DNA of 64,000 bases. It comes from Octopus sinensis. Lineage: Eukaryota. The stretch spans positions 92,380,001 to 92,444,000 of the forward strand of contig NC_043003.1 in assembly GCF_006345805.1 (NCBI RefSeq), read 5' to 3'. The notes beneath the pieces were generated by a model that did no database searches, was not told the DNA's origin, and was given only the letters and a program-made list of their open reading frames with translations. Positions within the stretch are counted from its first letter, which is position 1. Each line of letters opens with the position of its first letter. A program made the position numbers and the translations under genes. Of this stretch, positions 35,344 through 48,871 are shown piece after piece.

Positions 35344-36669
35344 TTTAATTAATCAGCCACTATACAATTCTGTATAATCTCTAGACAACCGAAGCATCGC
35401 GATTTCGAATTTGTTAGCGCTCACTTTTAATTTAGAACCAGACAGGTCTTCTCAGGTTTTCTCTGTTAGACTACTTAAATGTAATTAAAGCAATCTCTTT
35501 ATACACAATTATTTCCTTTGATATTAATTCTAACGATATGTGTTACGTCATTTTCATTGTACGCTGTACTTTCTATTTGAGATTAAAACATCTGAAATAT
35601 CGTTTTCTTGTTTTTACATTCTAGTTTCAGAGAAGAAGCATAACTCATATACTTTGTTGACACTTACAGACTTGTTGAGTTGGACGAGATTGATATTTAG
35701 CTTTAAAAAAAAAAAGAAGAAGCGGGCTCATCAACTGAAAGAACAGGAGAAATAATCTTAAAATAACAGACCACCGTAGATGACTTAACTGATGGCTATA
35801 CATCACTTGAACCCTTCCCTTCAGGTCAAGCTCATTGTCTAACCCTTCGTCTAGAAATTCAAGTCGGTCTATGTTTCTGTTAATGCAAAAGTGAGAGTTA
35901 AAAGTTATCTTCCCCAAAATTCAGTAGATATTTCTAAAGTTATTTGCAAGTAGATTCACAGCATATTAATAGGAAAGCAAGTAGTCTCTATACGCTTACC
36001 AACCTCTACATCATCTATAAAACCAACGAGGGAGGAACTAACGTGGTCACACAATCTGTTAGAAATGGAAGCCAAATCTCTCTCGTATTTCACCCTAACG
36101 CCTTACATCAGGAAATGACACATTGTATAATGTATTCCAAGATAGCCTTACAAAAGACATGGTCGACGTCTAGCCTCTAGGTCAATCCTGATTATCCAAC
36201 ATGACTCCTTTTAAAGACGGTAGGGGGCGATTTGAGGGAGATTTGGTTCCTATTTCTTGCAGGACGAACGATCATGTATAGGTTTCCTCGTTGGTTCGAA
36301 GACTCCTCTTTTTTGCAAGCAAAAAGTTAATGACTTGACATCATACAACATGTAATTATTTTATTGGAGTACCTAGTGGCATGAAAAGCAACGTGGAGTC
36401 CGGGTATGAAAAAAGAAATAAACTCCAGCTGAATGTGGATTCATTATAACAGTCGAGTAAATGAGCTGTTAGCTGTTCCAGTCACAAATTTTGTTTCCAT
36501 TTGAATTAGTAATCGCTGGTAGGTTTGTAAAGAAGAGGTGAAGAAATACTGGCTAATTTTTAAATAACAATGAAACAGGATCGGTTCGGTATTACCCTAG
36601 GCTGCCGAAAATGCCATCGTGGACATAATTTCTCAATATGAAAGTTCGTACATTAAATTATTTGAATTT

Positions 36670-37054
36670 TTTCGGTTTTTTCTAGCAGTGTCATATGAAA
36701 TTGTCACCCATAATTATGACCCTAGTATCGATCTATTGCATTTCAATCTGTTTCAGGGTTAGGGTTAGGGGTGGGGGGAAGGGTATCTTTTTTTTCTTCA
36801 GAAATGTAAATAAACCCAATCTGTTTCTTAAACGAGGGACATATTCATACGGCACAGAATGCTTTTTAACTCAATAGACGTCACTGAAAGGTTGAAATTG
36901 CAGAAATTGAAGAAAAAACAACAACAAATATCTTACAAACTATAGAATTTTCTCAATAAAGCCAAGAGAAAAAGATGTTCTATAAACACATTCTACCAGT
37001 ATATGAAGTTTAAAAGTGGAAATAATTTTTAAAAACTGCCGTTCAAACCGAAAG
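36670..37054 (-). mobile_element. TTAGGG-bearing MITE, damaged ends
   Basis: Same internal sequence in reverse orientation. Confidence 0.85.
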
Positions 37055-37351
37055 TTCGTACGTTAAATTATTTTACTTCACCTGTACGGCTACTGCTCTG
37101 TACATTCATAACGAGGCTTTGATTATCTCGTGGAAGCCTAACGGTTTTATTCCATTATCCCCATTCCTATATTTTTCGGTCACTAAATGCCTTAGGGCGC
37201 GCATGACCTGAAAATTTCTTGTGTCATTAAGCTTTTTATCTGTAACGCTGTCCTTAAAAGGAAGTGTTGGTAGTGTACTCCGGTGTGTTTAACGGTGACG
37301 TGTTGTTAGAATGCTTCGGTTTATTTAACAGCGGTGTGTATTACACTACCG

Positions 37352-37792
37352 GGATCTTTTCGGTTTGAACGGCAGTTTTTAACATAATTTCTAGGTAACT
37401 AAAAAATTTTAAACTTCGTATACTGGTAGAATGTGTTTTTAAAACATCTTTTTCTCTTGGCTTTATTGAGAAACTTCTATGGTTTGTAAGATATTTGTTG
37501 TTGTTTTTCTTCAATTTCTGCAATTTCAACCAATCAATGACATCCATTGAGGTAAAAAAACCATTCTGTGCCGTATGAATATGTCCCTCGCTTAAGAAAC
37601 AGATTGGGTTTATTTACATTTCTGAAGAAAAAAAGATACCCTTCCCCCCACCCCTAACCCTAACCCTAACCCTAACTAACCCTAACCTTAAAACAGATTG
37701 AAATGCAATAGATTGATTCTAGGGTCATAATTATGGGTGACAATTTCATATGACACCGCTAGAAAAAACTGCCGTTCAAACCGAAAAGATCC
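37352..37792 (+). mobile_element. TTAGGG-bearing MITE, full copy
   Basis: Both TIRs intact; internal (CCCTAA)n. Confidence 0.9.
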
Positions 37793-38148
37793 GAAGATGG
37801 TACTTATTTCATCGACCCCCAAAGGAGGAAAGGCAAAATCGACCTCGGCGGAATTTGGACACAGAACGTGAAGACATGAAATGCCGCTAAGCACTTTTCC
37901 CGGCGTGCTAACGATTCTGCCAACTCACCTATTACTAATAATAGTAATAATATTAATACAAAAACAAACATTTTCGTCCTGTTGAAGTCTAAAATAACTT
38001 GACACACACACACTAAAAAAAAAACCCTCCGATTATGAAGACGGTAACAACAACAGCAAATAGAAGTTACAGTCACAAACCATAATTATTTTTTGACTGA
38101 GAATATAATTTACGAAGCAGACGAGGCAAAATGCAAAAACTTTTTCTT

Positions 38149-38186
<38 letters not shown>

Positions 38187-38279
38187 TCTTCCTCTTTCTC
38201 TCTCTCACCCCACACACACATACACACACAAAAGATGTTGCACAAGGAAGAAATAAACGGCAAAATGTATATATACATA

Positions 38280-38468
38280 CAGACATACGTATACATACAT
38301 ACATACATACATACATACATACATACATACATACATACATACATACGTACATACATAATGCATACATACATACATGCATACATACATGCATACGTATACA
38401 TACATACATACATACATACATACATACATACATACATACATACATACATACATACATACATACATGCA
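38280..38468. repeat. (ATAC)n microsatellite
   Basis: Direct reading. Confidence 0.97.
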
Positions 38469-38830
38469 TATAGTTGTATGCTTATATTCATGTAAATATA
38501 TACACGAGTATGTCCGTGTATGGGTGTGTAGTTGCATCCATATATTTATTTATATAGCAGAAGCAGACTCATGGTACGAGAGTTTCGTGCGTTGGCACTT
38601 AGTTTGATAAGTACATATGAAAAAAGAAAACCCGTAAAATACTCATTTTTATCCCCAAAATTAAGTTACGATAAAAGTATTATTAGAGTTATGTTAAATG
38701 TATTATTATGATTAATGACACTGAATATGTAAAATATGAGGCTAAAATTTAATTTGTTTGATAAAAATATATCAGTATTGTACGTGTTTTCTCTTTTTCA
38801 TAACTGTATACTTACTTTTGCACACACCCG

Positions 38831-38892
<62 letters not shown>

Positions 38893-39977
38893 CGTGTGTG
38901 TGTGTGTAATTTATTGGAAGCTGAAACTTCACTAGTCGTTACTCCGAGTTTCTCACTTCCGAGCTTCAGACGATTGTGAAAAATGGAACATAAAAATGTT
39001 ATATAATGGACATACAGTCGAAAATTTTAAATATCATTGCAAGCACCTGAAACAAATAGAACGAAAGTGGCTTATTTAAAAGATACACCACGAACACAAT
39101 GAAAGGTGCCATGTTCAAATAGAAGAATCTTGAATGTGTTGTTTAGAATATTGATTATATCTCTATTTGTAAAAGAGTGAATATTCATAAGAATTCCATC
39201 CGATCCCAGTTATAAGTAGGAACCTAGTAGTCAATGTCAGTTGAATAATATTCATTTTATCTTCTGAGACCCCCTTCGGTCATGACATAGACCATGGGAT
39301 TGCACCTAGAAAGTTACCCTCCCAGGCACAAGTCCGGGCAAGGTTGTTTATGGAAGACCAGCAGTCGCCCATGCATACCGGCCTTCCCTCTCCACGCCAC
39401 CAGTGTTATCCAAGGCAAAGGCAAAGGCCGATACCGCTTGGCACCTGTGACGTCGCAACTCATTTCTACAGCTGAGTGAACTGGAGCAACGCGAAATAAA
39501 GTGTCTTGTTCAAGAACACAACACGCAGCCCGGTCCGGGATTTGAGCTCACAACCTCACGATCGTAAGTTCGACGCTCTAACCACTTTTTCGCATTCATT
39601 TTATCTTAAGATAGAAATATCGTCGACAGAGATACATTTCATTACAACCAAACATTAGTGAGAAGCGTCTTGAGCAAGAAACTTAAAGTACTGAGACGGT
39701 CCCTCCACCTATTCAGAAGAAACATAAATAAAGGAAAACATATTGGTTTAATCCATCACTCAATCTAGTTATTATCCTATATATATATTCTTTTTCTCTT
39801 TTACTTGTTTCAGCTATTTGACTGGACCATGCTGGAGCACCGCCCTTTTGTCGAAGAAATCGACTCCATGACTTATTCTTTGTATGTTCGGTACTTATTC
39901 TATCGTTTTTTTTTGCCGAACCGCTAAGTTACGGGGATGTAAACACACCAACATCGGTTGTCAAGCGAAGATTGGGG

Positions 39978-40008
<31 letters not shown>

Positions 40009-43000
40009 TTTCTTCGCTGTAAAAGTCATTATCCCTATACAGTTATTACAATAGTTAAAGATTTACCCACTAGTACTGTATAGTAATTAGTGTATCGTGG
40101 CGTACCCTAGTTCTCCATAAGAAAGTTACCCACCAGATGAATGCAAATATATACACCTGCTTTACTATTTCACCAATTTTTGCTTTGTTTTCTCACATGG
40201 TCACAACAGATTCAACAAAATCAAAATAAGGGGATTAAACCATAACTCACCGAATGCGGTTTCACCAATCGAAGCCAACTTCAGTGGATTCCAGTCTCTG
40301 AAGTAAATTCATCACGCTTGAGTTCACATCTATCACATCTAAACACAAATTCTGTTCTCTTTCTCGCCGCTCCGACATAACAGAGGAATCAACACCACAC
40401 CAAATCGAAAAGTGAATGGACTAACGAAGGATATGTTCCTAATCTGATTAATCCGTCTAAATCACTCAAGCTGTTTTGATCCTAATCTATAAAATACGTT
40501 CATAGGATACACAATGTTGCTAATCCCAACCATCACATGGCCAAACAACGTGCATTGGAAAGTCTAATTTTGTTTTTGTTTTTCATTTTTTGTCACAGTA
40601 ACTATAATCGTTCCTATTTCTCTTTTAAACCCTTCTTTTCCACCCTTGAATAATAAACATAAATTACCACCCAGTTAATGCTAATATCTAGGCATTGGCT
40701 ATCATTAAAGGACATAATCTATTACCAGAGTTTTTATTATTATTGAACGGAAGAGCAGCGCATGCTATCAAAGTGACATTGGGGTACAAATATACGAAGC
40801 CCAATACACCCATCATGACTACCCATCTGATAAGGTTACGCTAGGTATACGCATCACAACCATATGTATGCGACATAGTGATCTCATATCAAGATAAAAA
40901 GTGCATGACCCAGTTAGAATTTTCATCAGGTCGAGTGAGCCATCCCGTTCAAAAAGCCCCTTATTTAAGGATGATGAACAAAACATCCATGTTTCCTGAG
41001 GTGAGTAATTAAAACCCCAAAGAATCCCTCTCAGCACATGATTATGATGCTCCCCCTACTACTCCTGCTCGTGATCAGAGATGTACATACTGTCAGCCAC
41101 CAAGGGTCATGCTTAACTGGTGAAGATCAAGCAACTGACAAGCAAATCTGCAGTACTGAGCAGAATATTTGCTGTGGCCCATCTTTTACACCAAGACAAA
41201 ACACGTACATGATAACACTTCCAATCAGTTAAGATCAGAATCCATAAAAGCCACTGCTCGGTTATTAGTATTATTATTTTCCTGCAGACATTTATTTGCA
41301 AATGTTCCAGCTGGGCATCGGCTACATCAGTCTCACAAATATAGAAGAACCTGCTTAGGTCATAAGTTATACTGAGAGTGATATTCAGATTCTTATGGGT
41401 CAGGGAACTTCACTGAAGAAGTGGGTATCATTTCAAATGAAATATAACGACACTATGTTATTCATGGGACCACGACCGTCATGGGCTGTTGTGCGGTGAT
41501 ACCTGTAAGCACCTACCTTAAGAAAATTAACCATATCTGTCTTCCCTGATTTATATATAGAAAAAAAGTACAAATATAGTTAGAACTGTATTTGTTATTG
41601 GTTATTTTAATGTGGCAAGCTGGCAAAATGTGGCACGTCAGGGAAATTGCCTAGCAACATTTCTTCTGATTCTTCATGTTTTGAGTTTAAATCTCGACGA
41701 GCTCAGCTTTCCTTTTCATACTTTCGGTGTCAATAAAATAAAGTAACAGTCAAGTACCGGGATTGATGTAATCGACTCACACACTCCCTCAACTTGTTAA
41801 ATTATAATATTGATATCTAATATTGGCATAAAGTTACAAACGTTTGTGGGGGAGCGAGTAGTTTGTTTTATCGAATCCAAAATGATGAATGGTAAAGTTG
41901 ATCTCAAGCGGGATCTTAACTTAAAACATAAAGTCTATAACTAAATGCCTCATGATGTTTCGTTCGATATTGTAGTGGTTCTGACCAATCGGCTGTCATT
42001 TGTTAACTTACAGAATATAGAGATGGTTTTATTAAAAAATACGGGTACAAAGAAGTATAAAAAGACTATAAGGGGTTGGTGCTTGAGTTACATCAAAGAC
42101 TCGGAAGCGAGAAAGACAGAAGGGAAAATGAGGTTGGCTCATGATTGGAAACGATAGAGAGATGAGGCTGCGCTTCTTGCTGAGCACGTGCGACCTCTCA
42201 AGGATATGAATCTTGATTGAGATTTTTTTTTTCAAAAACAGAACTCTCTGAAGTTTCATAGTCATATAACTCTATGAATCGCCTGTTTATTGATCGACGT
42301 AGTTATACGTGTAAGACCAATGGGAAGAAATTTTATTTCGTGGTTGTTTACTGTCGTAAATATCTGTGGAGGGCAACACAATCAGTTGGTCGTTTGAAAT
42401 TTGATAATTTTGGTTTTGAATGTCCATCTGTGTAAATGTACGCCTGTACGCAACTGTGAATGCGTGTGCAGGTACGTGTATGAGAGACTGTGTATGTGCA
42501 TGAGACATTAAGAGTGACTACTACACTGGTGTGTGTCTGTCAGTATGCGCGTATGCCACAAAACTGTATATTAACGCACTTTTGTGCATATATATACGTT
42601 TATGTTCTTGTATATGCTTGACAACGGCTCATGATGATTTGTCCCTGGAAGAAACTTCAGTAAAATCTCTAAATAAGTCCTTATGAGAAATTGTCAAATA
42701 TAAAACTTATATTGTTTACTACAGTGGTTCCTGGAAGCATCTGACGGCTTCTGAATAAAAAAAAAGTTTGGATGATGTTTGTGTTCTTTGGATTGAATGA
42801 GAAGATAACATTTGCATGTTTCATCAGGTCTCATCCACAGATTCTAGTGTCTTTAGATCGGTGTTTCTTATGGGACAGGGATGGCTGCGAGGATCGAGAA
42901 GACGAAGGACAAACTGCTAAGTTTAATATAATTGAAATGACATCTGAATTTTTTTAATTTGTCCAACGCCATGACAAAGAACGAAGAATTATTTGGATAC

Positions 43001-43459
43001 AACATCTTTTGCATCCATAAAATTATCAAAGAATGGGAAGGAAGAAAGAGGGTCGAATTATATATATATTTTTTTTCTTAAAGCATTAATACTGAGAAAT
43101 CTGGTAAAAAGTTTACGGCTGTAAACACTATATTGTTTTCTCATTAATAAAGAAGGCAGAGGAGCAAAATAGAAGGTTTTGGTAATTGTGAGTTTGAGAA
43201 TTGCTACTTTTGATGACAAAAATAACCTAAATAACTTGGTTTCACTAGACCCTGCGGCAGTCGTTGTGTATTCTCAGGTGATCGACCAACCACTATCGAA
43301 CAGACAAACGATCAAAGTTGTTCTCACTGTGATCAGCTTTTATCTATAAAAAGAACTAAATTATTCAATATGTCCTTGCCATTTATAGATCTTAAGCTGT
43401 AATCTGAGGGGGGACTTAACTTTTATTTCTAACAATTTGAACGATTATGTATTGTAGAA

Positions 43460-43713
43460 CAGTTGTTCTCAACTCCTTCTTACCTATATAATCCTTTCAT
43501 TCCTGTTTAACTCGGGAGGGAGCTCGTAACCAGTCGATGTTTGAAAAATCCTGTTATATTTTTATAATTGGATATTTTTAGGAATTGTATAAAAAGTTGT
43601 TGAAATGTTTTGTGTATTGACGAAATATAAGCTATTCTAGTGCACATAACTTTTAAAAATAAAATCTTTTATGCATACCCAATGGTCATAAGGACTCCGG
43701 CTGAGAACCACTG
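43460..43713. mobile_element. hAT-type MITE
   Basis: TIRs cagttgttctcaac / gctgagaaccactg; 8 bp TSD ttgtagaa / atgtagaa (7 of 8 match). Confidence 0.75.
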
Positions 43714-43721
43714 ATGTAGAA

Positions 43722-44190
43722 AGCTTCCTTGTTGTAATAAGCTTGCTTCCCAACCACATGGTGCCGGGTTCAGTTCCACTGCGTGGTACCTTGGGCAAAT
43801 GTCTTCTAATATATATTTCTTTACTACCCACAAGGGGCTAAACACAGAGGGGACAAACAAGGACAGACAAAGGGATTAAGTCGATTACATCGACCCAGTG
43901 CGAAACTGGTACTTTATTTATCGACCCCGAGAGGATGAAAGGCAAAGTCGACCTCGGCGGAATTTGAACTCAGAACGTAACGACAGCCGAAATACCGCTA
44001 AGCATTTCGCCCAGCGTGCTAACGGTTCTGCCAGCTCGCCGCCTTAGTGTCTTCTAATATAGCCTCGGGCTAAGATTGGGCAGACGAAAACTAAAGAAGC
44101 CCGACGTATATATAAATGTATGTATATATATTTATGTGTATGTATGTCTGAGTTTGTCCCTCCGCCATCGCTTGACAACCGATGCTTGTG
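43722..44190 (+). mobile_element. SINE family A interrupted by a family B SINE
   Basis: Family A head at 43722-43813 resumes at 44048; 14 bp duplication tgtcttctaatata. Confidence 0.85.
43814..44047 (-). mobile_element. SINE family B (ggcgagctggcagaa... head), nested insertion
   Basis: Core gtcgactttgcctttcatcct..ggggtcgataaa; flanked by the 14 bp TSD. Confidence 0.88.
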
Positions 44191-44527
44191 TATCTCTATA
44201 TGATGGACAATTTTTACTTACATAATAAAACTACTGAATCCAAGGAAAGTAGCGACGATGCCTGTCGGCAAACAGTAATACAAACACTTTAAACGAATTT
44301 GCCTCTATATAGGTCGCTGTTTCACAAGGTAATTGACATAGTATCAATTAAGTGGCCTTACTTTATTAGGTTCTTAGGCTCTTATGTGTTAGAGGCCGCT
44401 CTTATCACTGGACTATGTTGTGAGTATTTAACAGATATAAAATATGTGACCTTAGACGCACTGGGTGCTAGTGGAGGGGGCGTATTTGTGGTTTAGACTC
44501 GCGAACAAAGGACCCAGAATAATTAGG

Positions 44528-44589
44528 AAGATGATAACGACGACCATGATGATGATGGTGATGCTGCTGATGATGATGATGAGGGTGAA

Positions 44590-44624
<35 letters not shown>

Positions 44625-44660
44625 CGATGACGATGATGATGATGACGATGATGACCACGA
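44528..44660. repeat. (GAT/GAC)n trinucleotide repeat
   Basis: Direct reading; source of the poly-I and poly-M ORFs. Confidence 0.95.
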
Positions 44661-44845
44661 TTACGTGATTATCCAGTATGTACCTTCCGTATTTAAAACG
44701 GTAGGATATGAATTAAGAGAGATTTGGCTGCGATAGCTCGCAGATCGAGCGACCAACTAGAAACTCCGATATCGGATCAAAAGGCGTTTCTACATGGAGA
44801 ACTTACACACTTACATACAGGTTTGTATGTGTATGTACAAAAGGC

Positions 44846-45073
44846 GGCGAGCTGGCAGAATCGTTAGCACGCTGGGCGAAATACTTTGCAGCATTTCATC
44901 TGCCGTTACGCCCTGAGTTCAAATTCCGTCAAGGTCGACTTTGCCTTTCATCCTTTCGGGGTCGATAAATTGAGTACCAGTTACGCACTGGAGTCGATAT
45001 AATCGACTTAATCCGTTTGTCTGTCCTTATTTGTCTCTTCGGTGTTTAGCTCCTTGTGGGTAGTAAAGAAATA
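44846..45073 (+). mobile_element. SINE family B, full copy
   Basis: Head, core and tail gggtagtaaagaaata. Further copies or fragments at about 7295-7515, 12194-12410, 17495-17685, 24290-24450, 29915-30090, 37800-37928, 41680-41790, 49005-49222, 49417-49760, 55598-55826, 61725-61885. Confidence 0.88.
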
Positions 45074-45125
45074 TGTGTGTGTGAGTGTGCGTGTCTGTCA
45101 GTATGTGAGTATGCCTCATATAAGT

Positions 45126-45172
<47 letters not shown>

Positions 45173-45208
45173 CACGCACAACAGATATAGATGCACACAC
45201 ATATACAT

Positions 45209-45258
<50 letters not shown>

Positions 45259-45293
45259 CCATATATATACACATACACGTATACATACATATA

Positions 45294-46505
45294 TTGGGTC
45301 ATCCCATAAATAATGCGGTATTTTCAATTGCATGAACTTAAAGTCGGAGGACGGGAAAAACTACTTCTTTCAACTTGCTATAAAAGCAGGTAGTAATTGT
45401 ATCTTGTACTTATTCTTAGTGCAAGTTTTTGAAGAGTGCAATTCGATTTTAACAGTTATTTTTTTAAAGCTATAATGGAAGTGACAAAGGAATACATTCA
45501 GCATATTTTGGCTTTATGAGTTCAATAAAGGCAACAACGCAACGGTAAGTGCGAGGAATATTAATGTAGTATATGGAGATCGGACAATAAGCGTAAGCCA
45601 GTGTCAACGGTGGCTCTAGAAATTCCGAGCCTAGAAGACGAGCCTCTTTCTGAAAGATCTGTAGAGCTCGACGAGGACATGCTGCAAACCCTGATAAAAC
45701 AAAATCCCATCGTAACTGTTGAGGAACCAACAGAGAAGCTTGGATTTGGTCATTCAACTATTCATCGACACCTGCGTGCCATCGGAAAAGTCAGAAAATT
45801 GTGTCAGTGGGTTCCTCACACACTTTCCTAGTCTAATCGCGCGCAGAGAATGAATATGTGCTCTTCTCTGCTGCCATATCCCACGAATGAATATTTTTTG
45901 GACTGAATAGTGACTGGTGGCGAGAAATGGGTTCTCTATAAAAATGTCAAGCACCAAAGATAGTTTGTAGGGAAAGGAGAAACACTGGTACCCCAGGCTA
46001 AAGAAGATCTTTACTCACGTAAGGTGTTATCTGTTTGGTGGGATATGAAAGATTTATTCCACTGTAAGCAGCTTGAGCGACCTATGTCAGAGCTAGAAGA
46101 AAAACGACCGTTCCTGGTTTCAGGACGAAAGGTGTTCTTCCATCAGGATAATGCTCGGCCATATATAGCGAGGATGACATTCCAAAGGTTGAAGCAGTTT
46201 GAATGGGAAACGATGTCCCACCCACCATATTCGCCGGGCATTGCGCCATCTGATTATCATTTATTCCACAGTCTTCAAGATCATTTGGACGGAAAAAATA
46301 TGAATTCTGTAGACGATGTCAGAGCAGTACAGGAGGGGTATTTTTCGTCACGGACAAGAGAATTTTGGAAGAGGGGCCTTGTTAGTATACCAGATAGATG
46401 TAAGAACATTGTAGAAAATGAAGGAGAGTATATTTTAGATGAAAAAGAACTTTGTTTGAAAAATAAAAGAAGTATAAAAAACTGCATTATTTATGGGATC
46501 ACTAA
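45294..46505 (+). mobile_element. Mariner (DD34D) DNA transposon, near full length, inactive
   Basis: About 28 bp imperfect TIRs (ttgggtcatcccataaataatgcgg / actgcattatttatgggatcactaa) with TA on both sides; transposase from ATG 45475 with WVPHTL, HQDNARP and YSPGIAPSDY motifs, 34 residues between the 2nd and 3rd Asp; several stops, frameshifts and an internal deletion. Confidence 0.93.
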
Positions 46506-46561
46506 TATCCAGTACTCCGGTACCGCTGCCGAAGTCTCCTTTAGGAATAATAATATTTGCA

Positions 46562-47186
<625 letters not shown>

Positions 47187-47790
47187 TATACATATATATA
47201 TATGTGTGTGTGTGTGTGTGGTGTGTGTATACATATATGAGTCTATATGTACTTAGGTATAAATAAGTAACACCTCACAATTACGCAACACTATCAAAAC
47301 GGGTAGGTCAAGGCCAATCGATTCTCCATCAGCGTCCCTGATTGAGTTATTGACAGTCCTTGGCCTACTGCTTTCGAAACAAACAAACTACAATTGAATT
47401 ATCTATAAATAGATAATGATTTTTTACACTACAATCAAGTGTACTGAGACCTCCCCTGTATGAACCTTGCTGTTTATTTATCTATCAATCTATCTATCTA
47501 TTTATATGTGTCTTTTGCACACGATCATCGGTTGCCAAGCGATGGTTGAGGAAGAGACAAACGTAGACACAAAGACACATACATATATATGTATATATTT
47601 ATGCGCCCTTCAAGCCTAGCCAGGCTCATGGGCCCTGTTTCCCGGTTTCTGTGACGTATGTGTTCCCCCCAGCTGGACGGGACGCCAGTCCATCGCAGCG
47701 TTACTCAAGAAACAGGAAGAAAGAGTGAGAGAAAGTCGGGGCGAAAGAGTACAACAGGGGTCGCCACCTGTGTGTGTATATATATATATA

Positions 47791-47829
<39 letters not shown>

Positions 47830-48661
47830 GTGTGTGTGTGTGTGTGTATACATATATATTCGTTATTTTACTTCTTTCATTTTTTTATTCGTGTATTTGA
47901 ATCGTTTTTTAATTTAAATTGACTAAACATGCATATATATGTATATATTCAGTTCGGTTAATAACCTTGTAGTTAGCTTTAGAAAGCTCGCCAACGAGTA
48001 TCGGCTATAATACGCGAGTTTATAGGGAATATCAATCGTCTTACTGAGGACACATCTGGAAATCTGTCAATATCTGTATAAATATAATATTAGGAATTTA
48101 TTGCAACATTATTGCATAATACTACAATTGTTTCATCACCATTTTACCAGAAGATCATTGTTGAAATATTGTATAATAGATGTGATAATACATCGTATCT
48201 GTATTATTCCAGCAATACTAGCAAGTGGCAATTCTTCAGATATATGAACAAACGATTTACTAAACTGAGCTTTATTCCATAGAATATATATCTCACGTTA
48301 TTATAATTTCATTATATCAGTTAAAACAAAATATAAAAACGAATACATGTAGAGGCGCAATGGCCTAGTGGTTAGGGCAGCGGACTCGCGGTCGCAGGAT
48401 CGCGGTTTCGATTCTCAGACCGGGCGTTGTGTGTGTTTATTGAGCGAAAACACCTAAAAGCTCTACGAGGCTCCGGCAGGGGGTGGTCATCCCTGCTGTA
48501 CTCTTTCACCACAATGGCGGTGCCCCAGCATGGCCACAGCTCAAGAGCTGAAACTGGAAAAACAAAAAACAAACAAAAAACAAAAAAACATCATAAACCA
48601 CAATATTAGTTGACTTTTCAAGAACAAGAGTGAATAAAGAGAACAAAAGAATCAAAGTATA

Positions 48662-48871
48662 CAGTATTATGGGCTCATTAGAACCGATCTTACCAATTAT
48701 TTTTGTGCAAGATATTAGGAATTAACCAATTATCTAATAACTGCACCCGTCAGAGTCAGCCTGCATTGACTAGAGAGTAGAATTCTCTATGACGAACACT
48801 GTTATTAGATTACCTAATATCTTACACGAAACCGATTAGTAAGATCAGGCTATAATGGATCTATAATACTG
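48662..48871. mobile_element. Tc1/pogo-type MITE with long imperfect inverted arms
   Basis: TA|CAGTATTAT ... ATAATACTG ends; about 70 bp imperfect inverted arms. Confidence 0.55.

Noticed and set aside
35645-35917. Minus ORF with a good acceptor near 35885 (NIDRLEFLDEGLDNELDLKGRVQ)
   Set aside because: No compatible upstream coding exon found; runs through a poly-T tract; cannot be supported without RNA data.
37650-37690. (CCCTAA)n as a true telomere or chromosome fusion site
   Set aside because: Only a few units, always internal to the same MITE family.
41297-41492. Frame IYLQMFQLGIGY...EEPA*VISYTESDIQILMGQG... as a pseudo-exon
   Set aside because: Internal TAG, no identifiable homology, length within chance expectation.
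44452-44668. Poly-Ile, poly-Met or poly-Asp ORFs
   Set aside because: Pure (GAT)n repeat with no flanking exon structure.
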